From: the human T2T-CHM13v2.0 reference genome, Homo sapiens
Assembly: GCF_009914755.1 (NCBI RefSeq)
Contig: NC_060926.1
DNA length: 64,000 nt
Reading direction: 5' to 3' (one strand)
Made by a program: the position numbers and the translations under genes. Under the pieces are notes generated by a model that saw nothing but the letters and a program-made list of their open reading frames with translations, made no database searches and was not told the DNA's origin. This document shows positions 42,278-55,860 of this stretch, one piece after another (positions within the stretch are counted from its first letter, which is position 1; each line of letters starts with the position of its first letter).

Positions 42278-43340
42278 GTTCACTTACCCAGCAAATATAT
42301 TTTAAATTCCTACTATGCCACTTTGCTACTAGAGAGAGCCATAGTGAAACAGGTTTAAAAAAATCTATGCTCTTGTATAGAGTTCACATTCTAGTGGCAA
42401 TGATTTAAATCGCTAAAATGTGCAATATACATTAAGTGATAATGTGATGGAAAAAAATGAAACTGCTGAGATGGAGGTGTGGAATGCAGTGTTAAAAGAT
42501 CCATAATCAGGGAAGGCCTTGTTGGGAAAATAATGTTTAAGCAAAAGACTTTGTTACAAAAAAAGATAGTATATTCCAGACATAGGTGGGACTGTCATGC
42601 TTGAAAAATATCAAGGAGACCCATGTGACTGCAGCAAAGTGAGAAGTTGTGGAACATGAGGTCAGACAGTTGGGGAAGAAGGAGGAGAGGAAAAGAGGCA
42701 CATAGGCCACTAACATAGGGCTTTGTAGGACACAGCAAGTACTCTGGCATATTTTTCTGAGAAAATTATCTCCTGTTCTGGAAAAAGGAGTGACATGATG
42801 TAACTTAAGTTGTAAGAAATCACTCTGAATCCTCTATGGAAAATAGACTGTAAATAGCTGAGGGTATAACATCAAGAGCAGTTGGTCTTATTGTGATAAT
42901 CCAGGTGAGAGATTATGATAATAGTAACAGATGTCATGAAATGATTGTATTCGAGATATATTTCCCAAAGATAGAGCCAAGAGTGTTTGCAGGTTGAACA
43001 GATATGTGTTGTAAAACAAAACATTTAAATATGACTCAAAGTTTTGAGCCTGAACAAACAGAAGGAAGATTGGGATAGAAAGACTTGGGGAGGAGACTGG
43101 TTTAGGAAGAAGATTGAGTCTAGTTTTGGATGTGTTCAGTTTGAGATGTATTCATATAATAAAAACTCAATGTCTTCATTTGAGTGGAGTCCAGGGTTTA
43201 GGAAAAAAGTTCAGGCTGGAGATATAAATTTGGGATCCATCAATGTTTAGATAATTTTAAGGTCAGGGCACACTGGATGAGCTCACCAAGAGAATGGAGG
43301 TAGGAAAAAATGATCTAATAAGGGTTGAGTACTGAGGTAA
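42278..43340 (-). mobile_element. L2 LINE remnant
   Basis: CAAATATATTT..CCTACTATGCCA, CAGGGAAGGCCT, ATCCAGGTGAGAGAT, AGTTTTGGATGTGTTCAGTTTGAGATG, GGCTGGAGATATAAATTTGGGA. Confidence 0.8.
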
Positions 43341-43489
43341 TTCAAAGATACTAACAATAAAAGAGTTAATTCACCTCTCAAAATGTGATTGAGTTCTTAA
43401 GTCAGCACATAAGAAAGACAAACTGTAAACATTAATCTTAAACTCCTTAAATCTCCTCTAAATTTCAGTATATGTGGCTTGGTTTATAC

Positions 43490-43812
43490 CAGAGGTTAAC
43501 TATGGCCATAGAACAAATCGAGGCTGCTGTCTGCTTTTGTTTTGTTTTTTTATGGCCTATGAACTAAGAATTCGTTTTACATTTCTAAATGATTTTTTAA
43601 AATCAAATTAAGTATATCAAAATTCTATCAAATTCAGATTTCAGTGTTCATAAAAAAAACTTTAATTACAACACACATGCTTATTTGTTTCTGTGTTATG
43701 TATGACTGTCTCAACTCTACAACAGCAAAGTTGAATAAGTACAACAGAGACTATATGTCTCACAAACGCTATTTGCTCTCCGGCCCTTTACAGACAAATT
43801 TGCCAACCACTG
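43490..43812. mobile_element. MER58B-like hAT fossil
   Basis: CAGAGGTTAACTATGGCC...GAACTAAGAATTCGTTTTACATTT...GGCCCTTTACAGACAAATTTGCCAACCACTG. Confidence 0.75.
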
Positions 43813-43873
43813 GTTTATACAATTTTATACAGTTGTATCTATATGTACAGTAAAGTGTATTATATAATTAAGA

Positions 43874-43902
43874 GTGTGCGTGTGTGTGTGTGTGTGTGTG
43901 TG
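43874..43902. repeat. (GT)n microsatellite
   Basis: gtgtgcg(tg)11. Confidence 0.9.
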
Positions 43903-46451
43903 CGAGATTTCTTAGGGTATTTAAGCTTTAAAATATTTAAAGCATTTTTTTCTTATGGAGCTCACTGTTTCATTTGCCTGAGGTAAGCTCACTGTTCTTA
44001 GTACCATATTTGAACATCTGTTTACCAAGTACATTGCAAGCATTGTATTTAGTATGAATTTGCCACGCCCATTTTAGAGACAAAGTCAAGGATCAGAGAG
44101 GTCAAAACATTATGAGAATACAAACTTGGGTGGATCTGGGTTTTACATCTGGGATCTCTTTTACTTTACCACAAACCCTGTCCTGCCCTTTGGAGCTAAA
44201 CATGGGGGCATCAGCTCTCGTTCCAGCCAGGTCTCAAGGAAGATACCAGAGACTTGGAGGATATTCTGAGATTTAGATTTGAAAACTCAGTGAAATTAGT
44301 TTTAAAAAGAAAATGTTAAGGAATTGTTACCTGCCTCAAGAGATGGGAGCTATCTGTTTAGGGAAGGGGAACAACTTAGTAAATATATATATTTGCTTAT
44401 TCATAAACTTGTTTTAAGAAAGTGGTTGTTACTGGAGATAAAATGGTGAATGACACATTAGGAAAATTTTCAAACTGGCAAGCAAACAAGCAACTTCATT
44501 ATGCAAGAGATACAAATAGGATGTGATCTCATAAGACTACTATTATACAATAGAGTGCTAGAGCTTTTATTTCTTAAAGAGTATATTTGAGTATTCATTA
44601 CTAATGTTTGAAACTTACATCAAGTCAGTCAATAAACTACAGGCATGCCCCTGTCCAGCATGCCTTTTGTTGCACAGTTTTTTTGACTTGAAACTTACCT
44701 ATGTTGATCTTGAAGATCCAAGATCTTCTTGAATATGTGATCTCAAATCATGGCTGTAACATTGATATATACAGTGAATTAAGTTCATCCCTAACTACTG
44801 ATATAATCAGAAAAGGACAAGAGTCCTTCCAGGGATTTTGGTTGAATGAAATGAGGTAATAGATTAAGAAAATATTTAAAAAACTTTATGAGCTATTCAA
44901 GCTTGGGAAGATAGCTGCTCTGACTGTTTTTACTGTGACTAATTGAACCCCTAAGAAGAACATTTTGCATTTTGAGAGGATATGTGATTCTGTCACTTGT
45001 GTCTATTTATAGATAGAATATTTCAGCAAGTGGCACCTTAGTGGCTTGGAAATATGAATACAGCTCAAAAGGGACACTCTTTTCTCTCTCCTTGTGAGTC
45101 TTATGACCCATTACTTGATAGAATATGTTTCTAAGAAGGATTTTATGTATTCTGTCTCTATGATCTTTACAGATTCCTTAGTAGATAGTGTCATTAACCT
45201 CAGATCTAGAATTTTCTGCTTTTAAAACACAAAAGACTGTTTGCAAATTGCATAATCACATAGTAGGCATTTACTAAATTTAAAGAAAATTAATGCTACA
45301 TAGTTAACAAATAGAAGGAGATCTTGCCTGTTGACTCGCCTGACAAAGACTTCCAGCAAACCATTATGTTGTTGTTCTGTCATCCTTTTATCTTCCAACT
45401 AACAAATAACATTCTGACAGTGTTAAAGGATATCAGAATTTTTCTGCAGAAAACAGCCCTGAGCTGACATCAATGCTTTCACAAAGGAATAAAATAAAAC
45501 TGTGAAGATATTAGCTTGACATCATGGGGAAAAAATTGTTGAAATGGATTTACATCTAAATCCATTATCCCATTTAATCTTTGCAAAAGACCCTGTGATG
45601 TAAGTGTTGTCTTCGTTTTTCCTATGAAGATTCCAGCTCAAGGTGGTTTAATAATGCCTGTGGATACATAATTAAGAAATTGTGGAGAAACAAGACCTAG
45701 GTCTTATTCTAGTTTTTGTTCCCTTTAAATGATACAATCTTGCAATACTACCACCCCCACAACCAGAAAATCTAAATTCTCTTATTTCTAGAGCATCTCA
45801 TTATGCCATCACTATTAATCATGAATTGCTCAGGTAAGAATTAGTGCGAATAGAATTTGAGAAAGGTATATTTTGAATTCTAGATGGAGGGAGAGAGAAG
45901 GAAAGATTAATTTTGAGCTTTTAGAAGAGTTAACTGGTAATTGTTGATGGGATCTATGCCCACTGGAGGACACCTTAGGACTCCTCCAAGCACTGTGTGG
46001 CTAAAAATAGGGTCAAAAATATAAGAAACTCAGAATATGTGGCTGTTGCTAAAAAACAAACTCCACATGCTTTACAACTTTATCCCTAATTAGAAATGCC
46101 TTAGGATCCACTATATGGGGAATTGAGACAACAAGGACGGAAATTCTTAGGAGCAGCTTTTGTATATCTCCTAAATAAGGCTTTGAAAAAGACCTTAGAT
46201 AAATAAGTGCTTCACTCCTAAAGATATTGTTGATTAATGAGTGATTCATACTTGCCACTGCTATTCTTTCTTGACCTCTTAGTAGCTGGAAAGTTCATAA
46301 TAATCCTGAAACATGTAGAGCAAAAGACCGATGGTCCCTGAGATCAAGAATAACCTCACAAAAGGATTCAAGCTCACCAAATGGTTCAACAGTTTTCCAT
46401 GTTCCCCAGGTTGAAGGTTTCCTCCTTAGAAAAAGCAGCCATAATCTAGGA

Positions 46452-46632
46452 AAGTTGTTGCTCAAGAGAACTTTCTGTGATAATGAAAATGTTCTATAAA
46501 TTTGCACTGTTCACTATAGTAGTCACTAGCTATACCTGGCTTCTGAGTGCGTAAAATGTGCCTAGATTGATTAAAGAACTGAGTTTTAAATTTTATTTAC
46601 TTTAAATTTAAATGTAATTATTCGGACAGCAC
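46452..46632. mobile_element. MER3 hAT fossil
   Basis: AGAACTTTCTGTGATAATGAAAATGTTCTATA..CACTAGCTATACCTGGCT..GAACTGAGTTTTAAATTTTATTT..GGACAGCAC. Confidence 0.8.
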
Positions 46633-47099
46633 ACTTCTAGAAAAAAGAAAGGGTGATATGCTAGACCCAGAGCATACCCTAAAATTGAATTGCTTTTGAG
46701 ACCCACTGAGGAATGTTTGAGTGACACAAACTCCTAATAATTATAGAAATTCAGCCTCTTCTGGGAACTCCACCTAATTCTGGATTGGAGATCCTTGGAG
46801 ATAACTCATAACTATAGGCTCAGGTACAAATGCTCATTTCTATTGTAAAGACTTTCAGGTGAGAATTTCCAGACAATGGTCTCATTCACTTCTTTAGCAA
46901 TCAGTAGGACCTTTTACTGTAATATTCTCAAGAGAATAAAAGCTAAAGAAAATATTTGTAGATATTATCTTTCCTCTTTCTACTGCATCCAAATTATACT
47001 AAATCTCTATTCAAAATTTCCATTTTAGCCTATAGTAACATTCCATTCCTATAACTGAAGCTCATATATTAATATTTTTATTACAGTCCAGCATCATAC

Positions 47100-47280
47100 A
47101 AAGTATAGAACCTTTAGTTCTGAGACTCAGGTTCAAGCCTAGCTCCAGTCTTTACTGTCCCTCTGAATTGAGGGTAACCATTTAACCTTGCTCAGTTTTA
47201 ATATTATCTGTAAAAGGGAAATGATATATATATATGTCTTTTACAGAATTATTGAAGGAATTAAATAAGATAAATATTTA
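47100..47280 (+). mobile_element. MIR remnant
   Basis: AGGTTCAAGCCTAGCTCC..CATTTAACCTTGCTCAGTTT..ATCTGTAAAAGGGAAATGATA..GAAGGAATTAAATAAGATAA. Confidence 0.65.
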
Positions 47281-47426
47281 TGTATTTATTTTAAATAAGA
47301 GAAATAAATGCTTTCCAAAACTAAATAAATAAAATGCTAGGAAAATGTCAACAAATATAATTACTGTCAACCATCTGTCCTCTCTCTCACAGACTGAACC
47401 TTCTTCCCATTTCTAAAGTTATATCC

Positions 47427-47786
47427 TGATACAGTTTGGCTGTGTCCCTACCCAAGTCTCATCTTGAATTGTGGCTCCCATAATTCTCACATGTTGTGGG
47501 AGGGAGCCAGTGGGAGATAATTGAATCGTGGGCGTGGTTTCCCCATACTGTTCTCATGGTAGTGAATAAGTCTCACGAGATCTGATGATTTTATAAGGAG
47601 TTTCCTCTTTTGCTTGGCTCTCATTTTCCCTTGTCTGCCACCATGTAAAGTGTACCTTTTGCCTTCTGCCATGATTGTGAGTCCTCCCCAGCTATGTGGA
47701 ACTGTAAGTCCATTAAATGTCTTTCCTTTATAAATTACCCAGTCTCAGATATGTCTTTATTAGCAGCATGAGAACAGACTAATACA
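47427..47786 (+). mobile_element. THE1B/C-like MaLR solo LTR, sense
   Basis: TGATACAGTTTGGCTGTGTCCCTACCCAAGTCTCATCTTGAATTG...AGAACAGACTAATACA; near-TSD TATCC/TATCA. Confidence 0.92.
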
Positions 47787-48824
47787 TATCACTAATAATA
47801 TCCTATATTCACATAGAACACTATATTCACAGTCTGCTTTTAAATATAAGATACTGCATGTATTTACTGCCTAATGTCACCTAGATTCTCTCCTAGACCC
47901 TGGTCAAATAGCCATGCAAATTACATCTTCTAGAAATATTCTGAAAATAGATTTGATACATAATTGTTGTATACAGTAAACAACCGTGGGTTTCATGTGT
48001 TCTCATCCTGGTATGAAAATTTTTGTCAACTACTCCAAAGCTGTTAATCTAATATCTAATTATTTTAAGTAGCAATTCCAGTTAAAAATAATATTACCTC
48101 ATGCAGAAAATTGGAAAGTTAGGGAAAATACAATGCTAGAAAGTTAGCATTTCATTGGGCCTCACCACCAGCAATAATGATTGTTAAAATAATTAACAAG
48201 TAATTAATGCTATTATTTAATTTCTATGCTTGGATTAATAAGTTCTAGAGATTTTGCTTTGTTCAGTACTTGTATTTCCTCTTCTATATACTCTGCATCC
48301 TTGCTATTGCCCGTTTATTTGTCAGGACCTTAGTATATTGATTATCAATTCATGGGAGCACATACTGCATAAAAGATGATGATACCACTTGATCTTTCAT
48401 ATTTGTTATAATATTTTATTCCCAATGCCTTTTTAAAGCTTTTAACATAAGTTGAGGATCTAATTTTTAAATTTTTATGTACTTAAATCTGCAATTATGC
48501 TTCTCTCTAAATTTTTTCTTTATTTTGTAAATTATCTGCTCTCCAGTAATTTGACCAATTGTCAGATTTGGTCTCTCCATACCAATATGTCACCTATAGA
48601 TGTTGTTTTTTCTCAACTGTCTTTGCTCATAATATTGGAGCAAATACAATTAAGAGCTCAAATTGCCAGACAAAGTCGTAGAAGGAAAATGTTTGGTCTT
48701 TTCAATTCTGCCCAACTTGAAATGATGGACAAAGTTTATAATCATAGATTTTCACTGAAGGCAAAAGGGACTAGCCACATATTGCTGTAGGTGTGTGGTA
48801 TGTGTGACCTTCTTTCATGTTCAG

Positions 48825-49285
48825 CACAACTCTCAGAAGTAGTTAGTATTCTTATTTACATGGTAAGAAACTGATGCTATGAGGGACTAAGTAACATTCT
48901 AAGATCATACTGCTAGAAATTAGTGGATCTGGCTTCCTTATCCAGGTTCAGTTGGCTCAAAGTCAGTATGCTCTTCCCTGGACTGTGATATTTGGAAGGC
49001 CACTTACCTTATCAGAAGTGTTTTTAAAAAATCAAGTACATTCATATTAATGATTCTGTAATAACCACTAATTATCAAACTTTACTAAGAAGCAGTTCCT
49101 GCTTAAGACCTGTCATGCTTTATCTTATTTGAGATTGACTGTAATTCTATAGCATTGTGTTATATCCCTGTGTTAAAGATTAGGAAACAGAAGCCCAAGG
49201 TCACAGAATTATCAAGTATTGGAGAGAGGCTTATAATCTTGGTCTTGGTTCTAACTCCTGGCGCTTAACCACTGTGCAATCCTGC
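48825..49285 (-). mobile_element. Two MIR remnants
   Basis: TTTACATGGTAAGAAACTGATGCT..AAGTAACATTCTAAGATCATACTGCTAG; GATTAGGAAACAGAAGCCCAAGGTCACAG..GCGCTTAACCACTGTGC. Confidence 0.6.
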
Positions 49286-51198
49286 CTCAAACTACTGTAT
49301 ACGGTGTCATACTTTAAATGACTTCCCAGTCATTTGAGAGTGGGAAGAACCTACCCAAATGAATGGCTACCCAAACAGCTTCTTTAGCATATTTGTTAAA
49401 TTAGGCACTTGTTATATACTCACTTCCATTTGAATAGTGTTAATAGTGCTTAATAGTTTCTCGGTGTTACAGTGTGCTTTGGTTGGTTGGTTGGTTTTAA
49501 GTATACTTTCTATTAGTCAGAGATTAGAGTCAAAAGGGAAGAAACACCCACACAGTCACAGGTTTCCTGGCATGTCCTAGAGCTCCTTTGAAAAATGTGT
49601 TCATTCCCTCCTGACAGGAGCCCTGACCCCGAAGTCTGTCAGATTCATAACAAAGCCATGGCATCTATTTTATGTTTGGGGCTGGCCCATCTCTCATGTG
49701 CTATCACTTGCTTCCCAAAGGTGCATCCCAGCAGGGGAATCTATTTGAGGAAGTCCCAATGTCATTTTATACTAGATGGTAGGAAAACCTTCACAAAGCC
49801 CTCTTTGTCACTGTTATTCTACAAGGTCCTGGAAATACACTTGAATATCTAGCGCTCCGGAGTTTGCATGTTATTCAGAGGTGAGCATTCAGGATGAAAG
49901 TGCATAGTCAGAATCAAACAGAGCCTTTCCAGAAGTTTTTAAAGGGTCATGGAAATGAAAAGACTAGTGAATTCTTTCAGATAATTCTGCCTTTCTACAT
50001 TTCTCACTAGATTTTTAGAAATGAACACTGAAATTTCAAGATAACATTTGTTGCAGGTTCACTAAACTACCTTAAATACCAAATTATTTAAAATTACCAC
50101 AACATTTAAAAGATTGTAACAACTCATATGTGCTGTATTAATCAAATGCAATTTTAGAGAGTACCAAGAATGTCTCCACAAATGTCCACATGAGCAATCG
50201 TCAGTAAACAGGCACGTATAATCCAAGGAGAGAGCTATAAAGCAAGAGCCTAAGGATCTACATTTGATTATCATCATCATTAATAATTAGACACATAATT
50301 GATGGGATATGTCATTAGATTTACCCTGTTAAATTTTCCTATCCATGAAATGTGGATAAAATACAACTGTTTTAACTGGTTTACAAGAAAATTGCAAGGA
50401 TCATCTAAGTACCACCTAAAATAGTTTAAAGCACTTTTTAAATGAAAGAAACTAATTTCTAGGTTTTGCTCCTCCCTGACCAAAATATAAATGAACAAGC
50501 TATAAGTCTTGAATCATAAATATATCCCTTAGAAACTGGAAAAGTCAGAATGTTCTATTGCATAAAATCAAATTATTCACAAACAACATTGCTGTTAGGT
50601 CAAACATTAAAGCTGCCACAAGTCATCTTTTAGTATGTGGATGAGCATGGCAATTTACTATGATATCATTCAAATTGGGAAAGGCCCTAGAAATGGATGT
50701 AAATCCAAACCCTAGGTTGACACAGGTGCAGAGAGAGAAGCCAGGAAGGGAGGAGATGGACATATCCAGAATCAGATGCTGGGATGATGTCCAAGCCAGT
50801 AAACAGACTTAATAACCTAAATCTCTGGACACTGATAAATAAGTGCCATTCAGGCCCACAGGCAATATAAATTGGGTCCAGTGTTAAGTAACTCAATGTT
50901 CTTGCACATGTTTGCCAAGCATGGCAATGCTGGATGGAAAGCAGAAGTAGGACCATATTAGAGGAGTCCAATGGAAGTATCAGGAATCTAGCCATTAGAC
51001 TGTGCAGTTCAAAAACAGATGTCAGTTCTAAGTGTTGCTAACAGCAAGGTAGGATTTTGGTAACCTAAAGTCTATGGGATTCAAGGACAAAAGAAAAAAC
51101 CAGAAGAAATTTTTATCAAAAATAGAACGTTAGTTCAGAGTGAGAATAGTAGTGTCTAGTTTATTCATTTGTGCATTCAACAAACATCCATTAACTCC

Positions 51199-51748
51199 TG
51201 TGATGGTTAACATTGAGTGTCAACTTGATTGGATTGAAGGGTGCAAAGTATTGTTCCTGGTTATGTCTGTGAGGGTGTTGCCAAAGGAGATTAACATTTG
51301 AGTCAGTGGACTGGGCGAGGCAGACCCATCCTCAATATGAGTGAGCACCATTTAAATCAGCTGCCAGCACAGCTAGAATAAAGCAGGCAGAAGAACGTGG
51401 AAGGACTAGACTGGCTGACTCTTCTGGCCTTCATCTTTCTCCCATGCTGGATGCTTCCTGCCCTCCAATGTTGGACTCCAAGTTCTTCAGCTTTTGTATT
51501 CTTGGACTTACACCAGTGGTTTGCCAGGGGCTCTCGGGCTTTCAGCCACAGATTGAAGGCTGCACTGTCAGCTTCCCTACTTTTGAGGTTTGGGGACTTG
51601 GACTGGCTTAGTTGATCCACAGCTTGCAGACAGCCTATTGTGGAACTTCACCGTGTGACTGTGTCAGTCAATACTCCTTAATTAACTCACTTTCCTGTAT
51701 ATATCTATCATATTAGTCCTATCCCTCTAGAGAACTCTGACTAATACA
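51199..51748 (+). mobile_element. MLT2A (HERV-L) solo LTR, 550 bp, probably MLT2A2, inserted in an L2 3' end
   Basis: TGTGATGGTTAACATTGAGTGTCAACTTGATTGGATTGAAGG...CCCTCTAGAGAACTCTGACTAATACA; CTCC on both flanks. Confidence 0.92.
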
Positions 51749-52458
51749 CTCCCTACTATGTGCAAATGAATATGCTAGTTTCAGTAATGTGTGGCGGGGG
51801 AAGGTACAGTAGCCCTCATATGCTCATGAGGGTGAGCAGAGGGCAATTAGCATTGTGTAGCAGCAGTGGAAGGCAGTGGGGACCAGGCAAAAACTTAAGA
51901 GAACTTCACACTTACAGCAGGTGTTCAGTGATAAGTAGAAACTAGCAGTTCTACTTTGAGAAGAATATTTAGAGCAGAGAAAATGTGTTTTTAAATGCCT
52001 GTTTTATTGGAGAACAGTAAACAGTTTGATGTTGATGAAGATTAAGGTAGGTATGGGAAACGCAGTGGAGCTGGTGGCAGGGTAGTTGGGGACACAGGAT
52101 TTGCAGCTGCAAAGACAGGAAACTTAGAGGTCTGTGAAGGTTCACGTGTGCCATGTAAGAGCCTGAGTCTGCATCAGGAAGCACTTGAGGAGGCCCTGAA
52201 GGACTTGCAACAACAAAGAATGACTTTGCGCTTTGGCTGTGATTCAGTCAAAGCTTTAATGGCAAGACCATGGAATATCTTTTGGAAATGGTGTCATAAA
52301 GCTTGATTTTATTATGTTGAAGGATCTCTGAGTAAAGCTGAATTTGTCATTTGGAAATATGAATTAACTTTATCATATTCTTCTTGCATCTTGTTGATGT
52401 TTGCCGTTGTGAGCTTCAAGAACTGAATTGAAAAAAAAATGCAATAGACCAGAGCTCT

Positions 52459-52789
<331 letters not shown>

Positions 52790-53461
52790 TCACTCTGTCA
52801 CTTGTATACAATAAATTTTGTATAAGACCATATCGATCTATGTATCTATCACAAGGAATAGTGTAGGTTCTAAACACTTTGATCAATAAAACAAGTAGTT
52901 TTATATATGCATATAAAAAGGAAGAAATAAAACATATTAATCAAGCATAGACTATAAAAACTTCTCCACAGGGTTCATTTTTCTTTGAAACAAACTACTA
53001 GATGTTTTAGGAAATCTAATTTCATGTGAAGTTTTGCTGCATTTTAGTTCCATGAGGAAAATTTTTCATTCATACTTTTTCAGTGTCATTTGATAACAAT
53101 ACAAACTAGTTCATATATTCTTTTAGAGAATGTACTTCACAATTTGATTTGGTTGCAATGTTCATAATATGCTACCAAAAAATTAGTATCCCTTTTAATA
53201 AATAAGTTGAAGTTAAAGGAAATACCCAGTATTGCTGCACCTGCCTCAATCCCATTTCTTTACATGAACCGGCCTCATCTGTGCACTAATAATAAAGCTG
53301 AACCATGGACATGCCACTGCAGTTGGCCTCCCATAGCTCTGCACTACCTGTTTCTGTTCTGGGACAGTTTATAAGATTATGCCAAGACTGGTTTCCCCCA
53401 AACTTGTCTTTGAGTCTCAGGTAGATAAAACAGGTATTTACTTTTCAGAAAAGTAAAGTCC

Positions 53462-53715
53462 ATAGCTATTTATTGAATGCTTGCTAATATTGTTAGGCAC
53501 AGTTCTAGGTGCTGTTCATGCATTGTCACATGTAAGGCTCACAGCCAATGAGGTAGGTACTTTTATTACTCCCAGATTACAAAGGAGAAATTTGAGGCTC
53601 AGACAGGTGAAATAACTTCTCAAAGTCACCCACAGAAGAAGCAGTTGTATACAATGAGCTTGAATTGAATGCAAGTTAGTCAGGCTCCATAGCTCATAAC
53701 TTGCCAACACCACAT
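53462..53715 (-). mobile_element. MIR SINE
   Basis: TATTTATTGAATGCTT..TGAGGTAGGTACTTTTATTACTCCC..TGAGGCTCAGACAGGTGAAATAACTTCTCAAAGTCAC. Confidence 0.8.
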
Positions 53716-54094
53716 TCTTCTTATACTGTGGTCAATACTATGAGAAATGTTTCCCACACTACATAAGTTTCTTCAATGTACCTCCTAGGGTTAGTACTTT
53801 CAATGTGCCTCCCACTTAGGGTACCTAGTCAGTGTCCTCACTGTCTTTCAGCTCTGTCTACTGAAATTTAGCCTCTCCTTGGTTTCTGTGGAATTTGGCA
53901 AGTCCAGTGCAGTGTCTAACTGGGACCATCTCCTTTTGGCAGCATCAAGTTAGGCTTACTGTTAGTATCCTCCAAACTTGTTGCTCTGGTTTGCTGGCAG
54001 CTGGAGTCTAGCTTTGACAGTTACTCAGAAATGGAGCATTGGCCTTTTTTCTCTAGTGACTCGGTAGTTCTTTGAAGAAAGTCATGGGAAGAAT

Positions 54095-54310
54095 ATGAGC
54101 TTTACACTACAATGACCTGAATGCAAACATCAACTCAGCCATTTATTGTTGTGCAGCTTTTGTCAAGTGATTTGACCTCTTTGAGCCTCAGTTTATCATC
54201 TATATAATGGATATTAAAATATATACATCATTAGGCTTTTTGTCAATTTAAATTAAATAATAGAATCTCTCTATATTCATGGAACCCCTGTATAGTTAGC
54301 ACTCAATGAA
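54095..54310 (+). mobile_element. MIR SINE remnant
   Basis: CAAGTGATTTGACCTCTTTGAGCCTCAGTTTATCATCTATATAATGG. Confidence 0.7.
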
Positions 54311-54329
54311 CCTGCCTTGTTACAACTTT

Positions 54330-55452
54330 AAAAAAATTATATTCACTTAAAAAAATTGGGTATAACTGAGGTTTACATATGAAGTTATGGGATACATATA
54401 GATAGTAAAATGGTTATTACAGTGAAGCAGACTAACATATCCATCACCTCACATAGTTACGTGTGTGTGGTGTGACAGGAGCAGCTAAAATCTAGGTATT
54501 TAAGAAAGATCCCTAATACAATACAAATTTATTAATAGTCCTCATGTTGTATATTACATCTCTAGACTTGTTCATCCTACACATCTGCTACTTTGTATTC
54601 GTTGGTATCTCCCCATTTTCTCTCCTCCACCCTGGGCCCTGTTAGCCCTAGATTTTTTCTGCAAGTTTGACCTTTTTATTTTAATTTCACATGTAATTGA
54701 GATCATGCAACATTTTTTCTTTCAGTGTCTGGCTTATTTCACTTAGCATAATGCCCTCTGGGTCCATCCATGTTGTGGCGGATGGCAAGATATCCTTTAT
54801 TCTTGCTGAATAATATTCCATTGTGTAGGATGGGTATATATATGCCACATTTCCTTTATCCAGTTGACTTTGGTCGTTTCCATATCTTGGCTATTGTGAA
54901 CAATGCTGCAGTGAACATGGGAATGAAGATATCTTTACAAGGTGGTGATTTCATCTCCTTCAGATATATATCAAGAAGATGGATTGCTGGGTCATATGGT
55001 AATCTATTTTTAACATATTTAGGAACCATCATACTGACTTCCATAATAGCTACACCAATCAACATTTTCACCAACAGTGTATAAGGGTTTTCTTCTCTCT
55101 ACCCCCACCACCGTTTGCTATCACTTGTCTCATTGATAAGAGCCATATTAATGGGTGTGAGGTGATATTTTTATAGTGGTTTTCATTTGCATATCCCTGA
55201 TGATTAAACATACATTTTCATATACCTGTTGGCATTTTTATATCTTCTTTGGAGAAATTTCTGTTCAGGTCTTTTGCACATTTTTTAATTGGGTTGTTTT
55301 TCTGCTATTGAGTTGTGAGGGTTTTAAATTTTGAATATCAATCCCTTATCAGATATGTGGGTTACAAATATTTTTCCCACTCCACAGGTTGCCTTTTAAT
55401 TTTGTTTTTTCCTTTGCCAGACAGATAGATGCCTTTTAGTTTGATGTAGTCC

Positions 55453-55484
<32 letters not shown>

Positions 55485-55860
55485 AGCTGAGCTTTTGGTG
55501 TGATATCTAAAAAATCTTGGCCATGGCCATGTCAGTTTTTCCTCTACGTTCCCTTCTAAGACTTTTATGGTTTCAGATCTTACATTTAAGTCCTTTGTTC
55601 ATTTTGAGTTATTCTTTCTGGATGGTGTGAAATGGTGGTTCAATCTCACTTTCTTTTTTTTTTTGAATGTGGAAACTCACTTTTGCAAGCACCGTTTATC
55701 GAAGAGACCACCCTTTTCCCCATTGTGTTCTCTTGGTGCCCTTGTTGAAAATTAGCTGATCATAAATGTTTGGATTTATTTCTAGGTTCTCTTCTATTCC
55801 ACCGGTCGATGTTTCTGTTTATCTGCCAGACATCATACTTCGTGATTTTAAATTATAATT
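54330..55860 (-). mobile_element. L1MA-type LINE, 3' 1.5 kb, antisense, dead
   Basis: 3'UTR CATATCCATCACCTCACATAGTTAC; ORF 54856-55074 (-) contains [29 protein letters not shown], a remnant of the L1 ORF2p C-terminus. Confidence 0.9.

Noticed and set aside
45543-45566. 10-bp inverted repeat AATGGATTTA-CATC-TAAATCCATT
   Set aside because: Short enough to be expected by chance in 64 kb of AT-rich DNA
54770-55084. ORFs resembling L1 ORF2p C-terminus
   Set aside because: Fragment of a dead, truncated L1MA; not a functional gene
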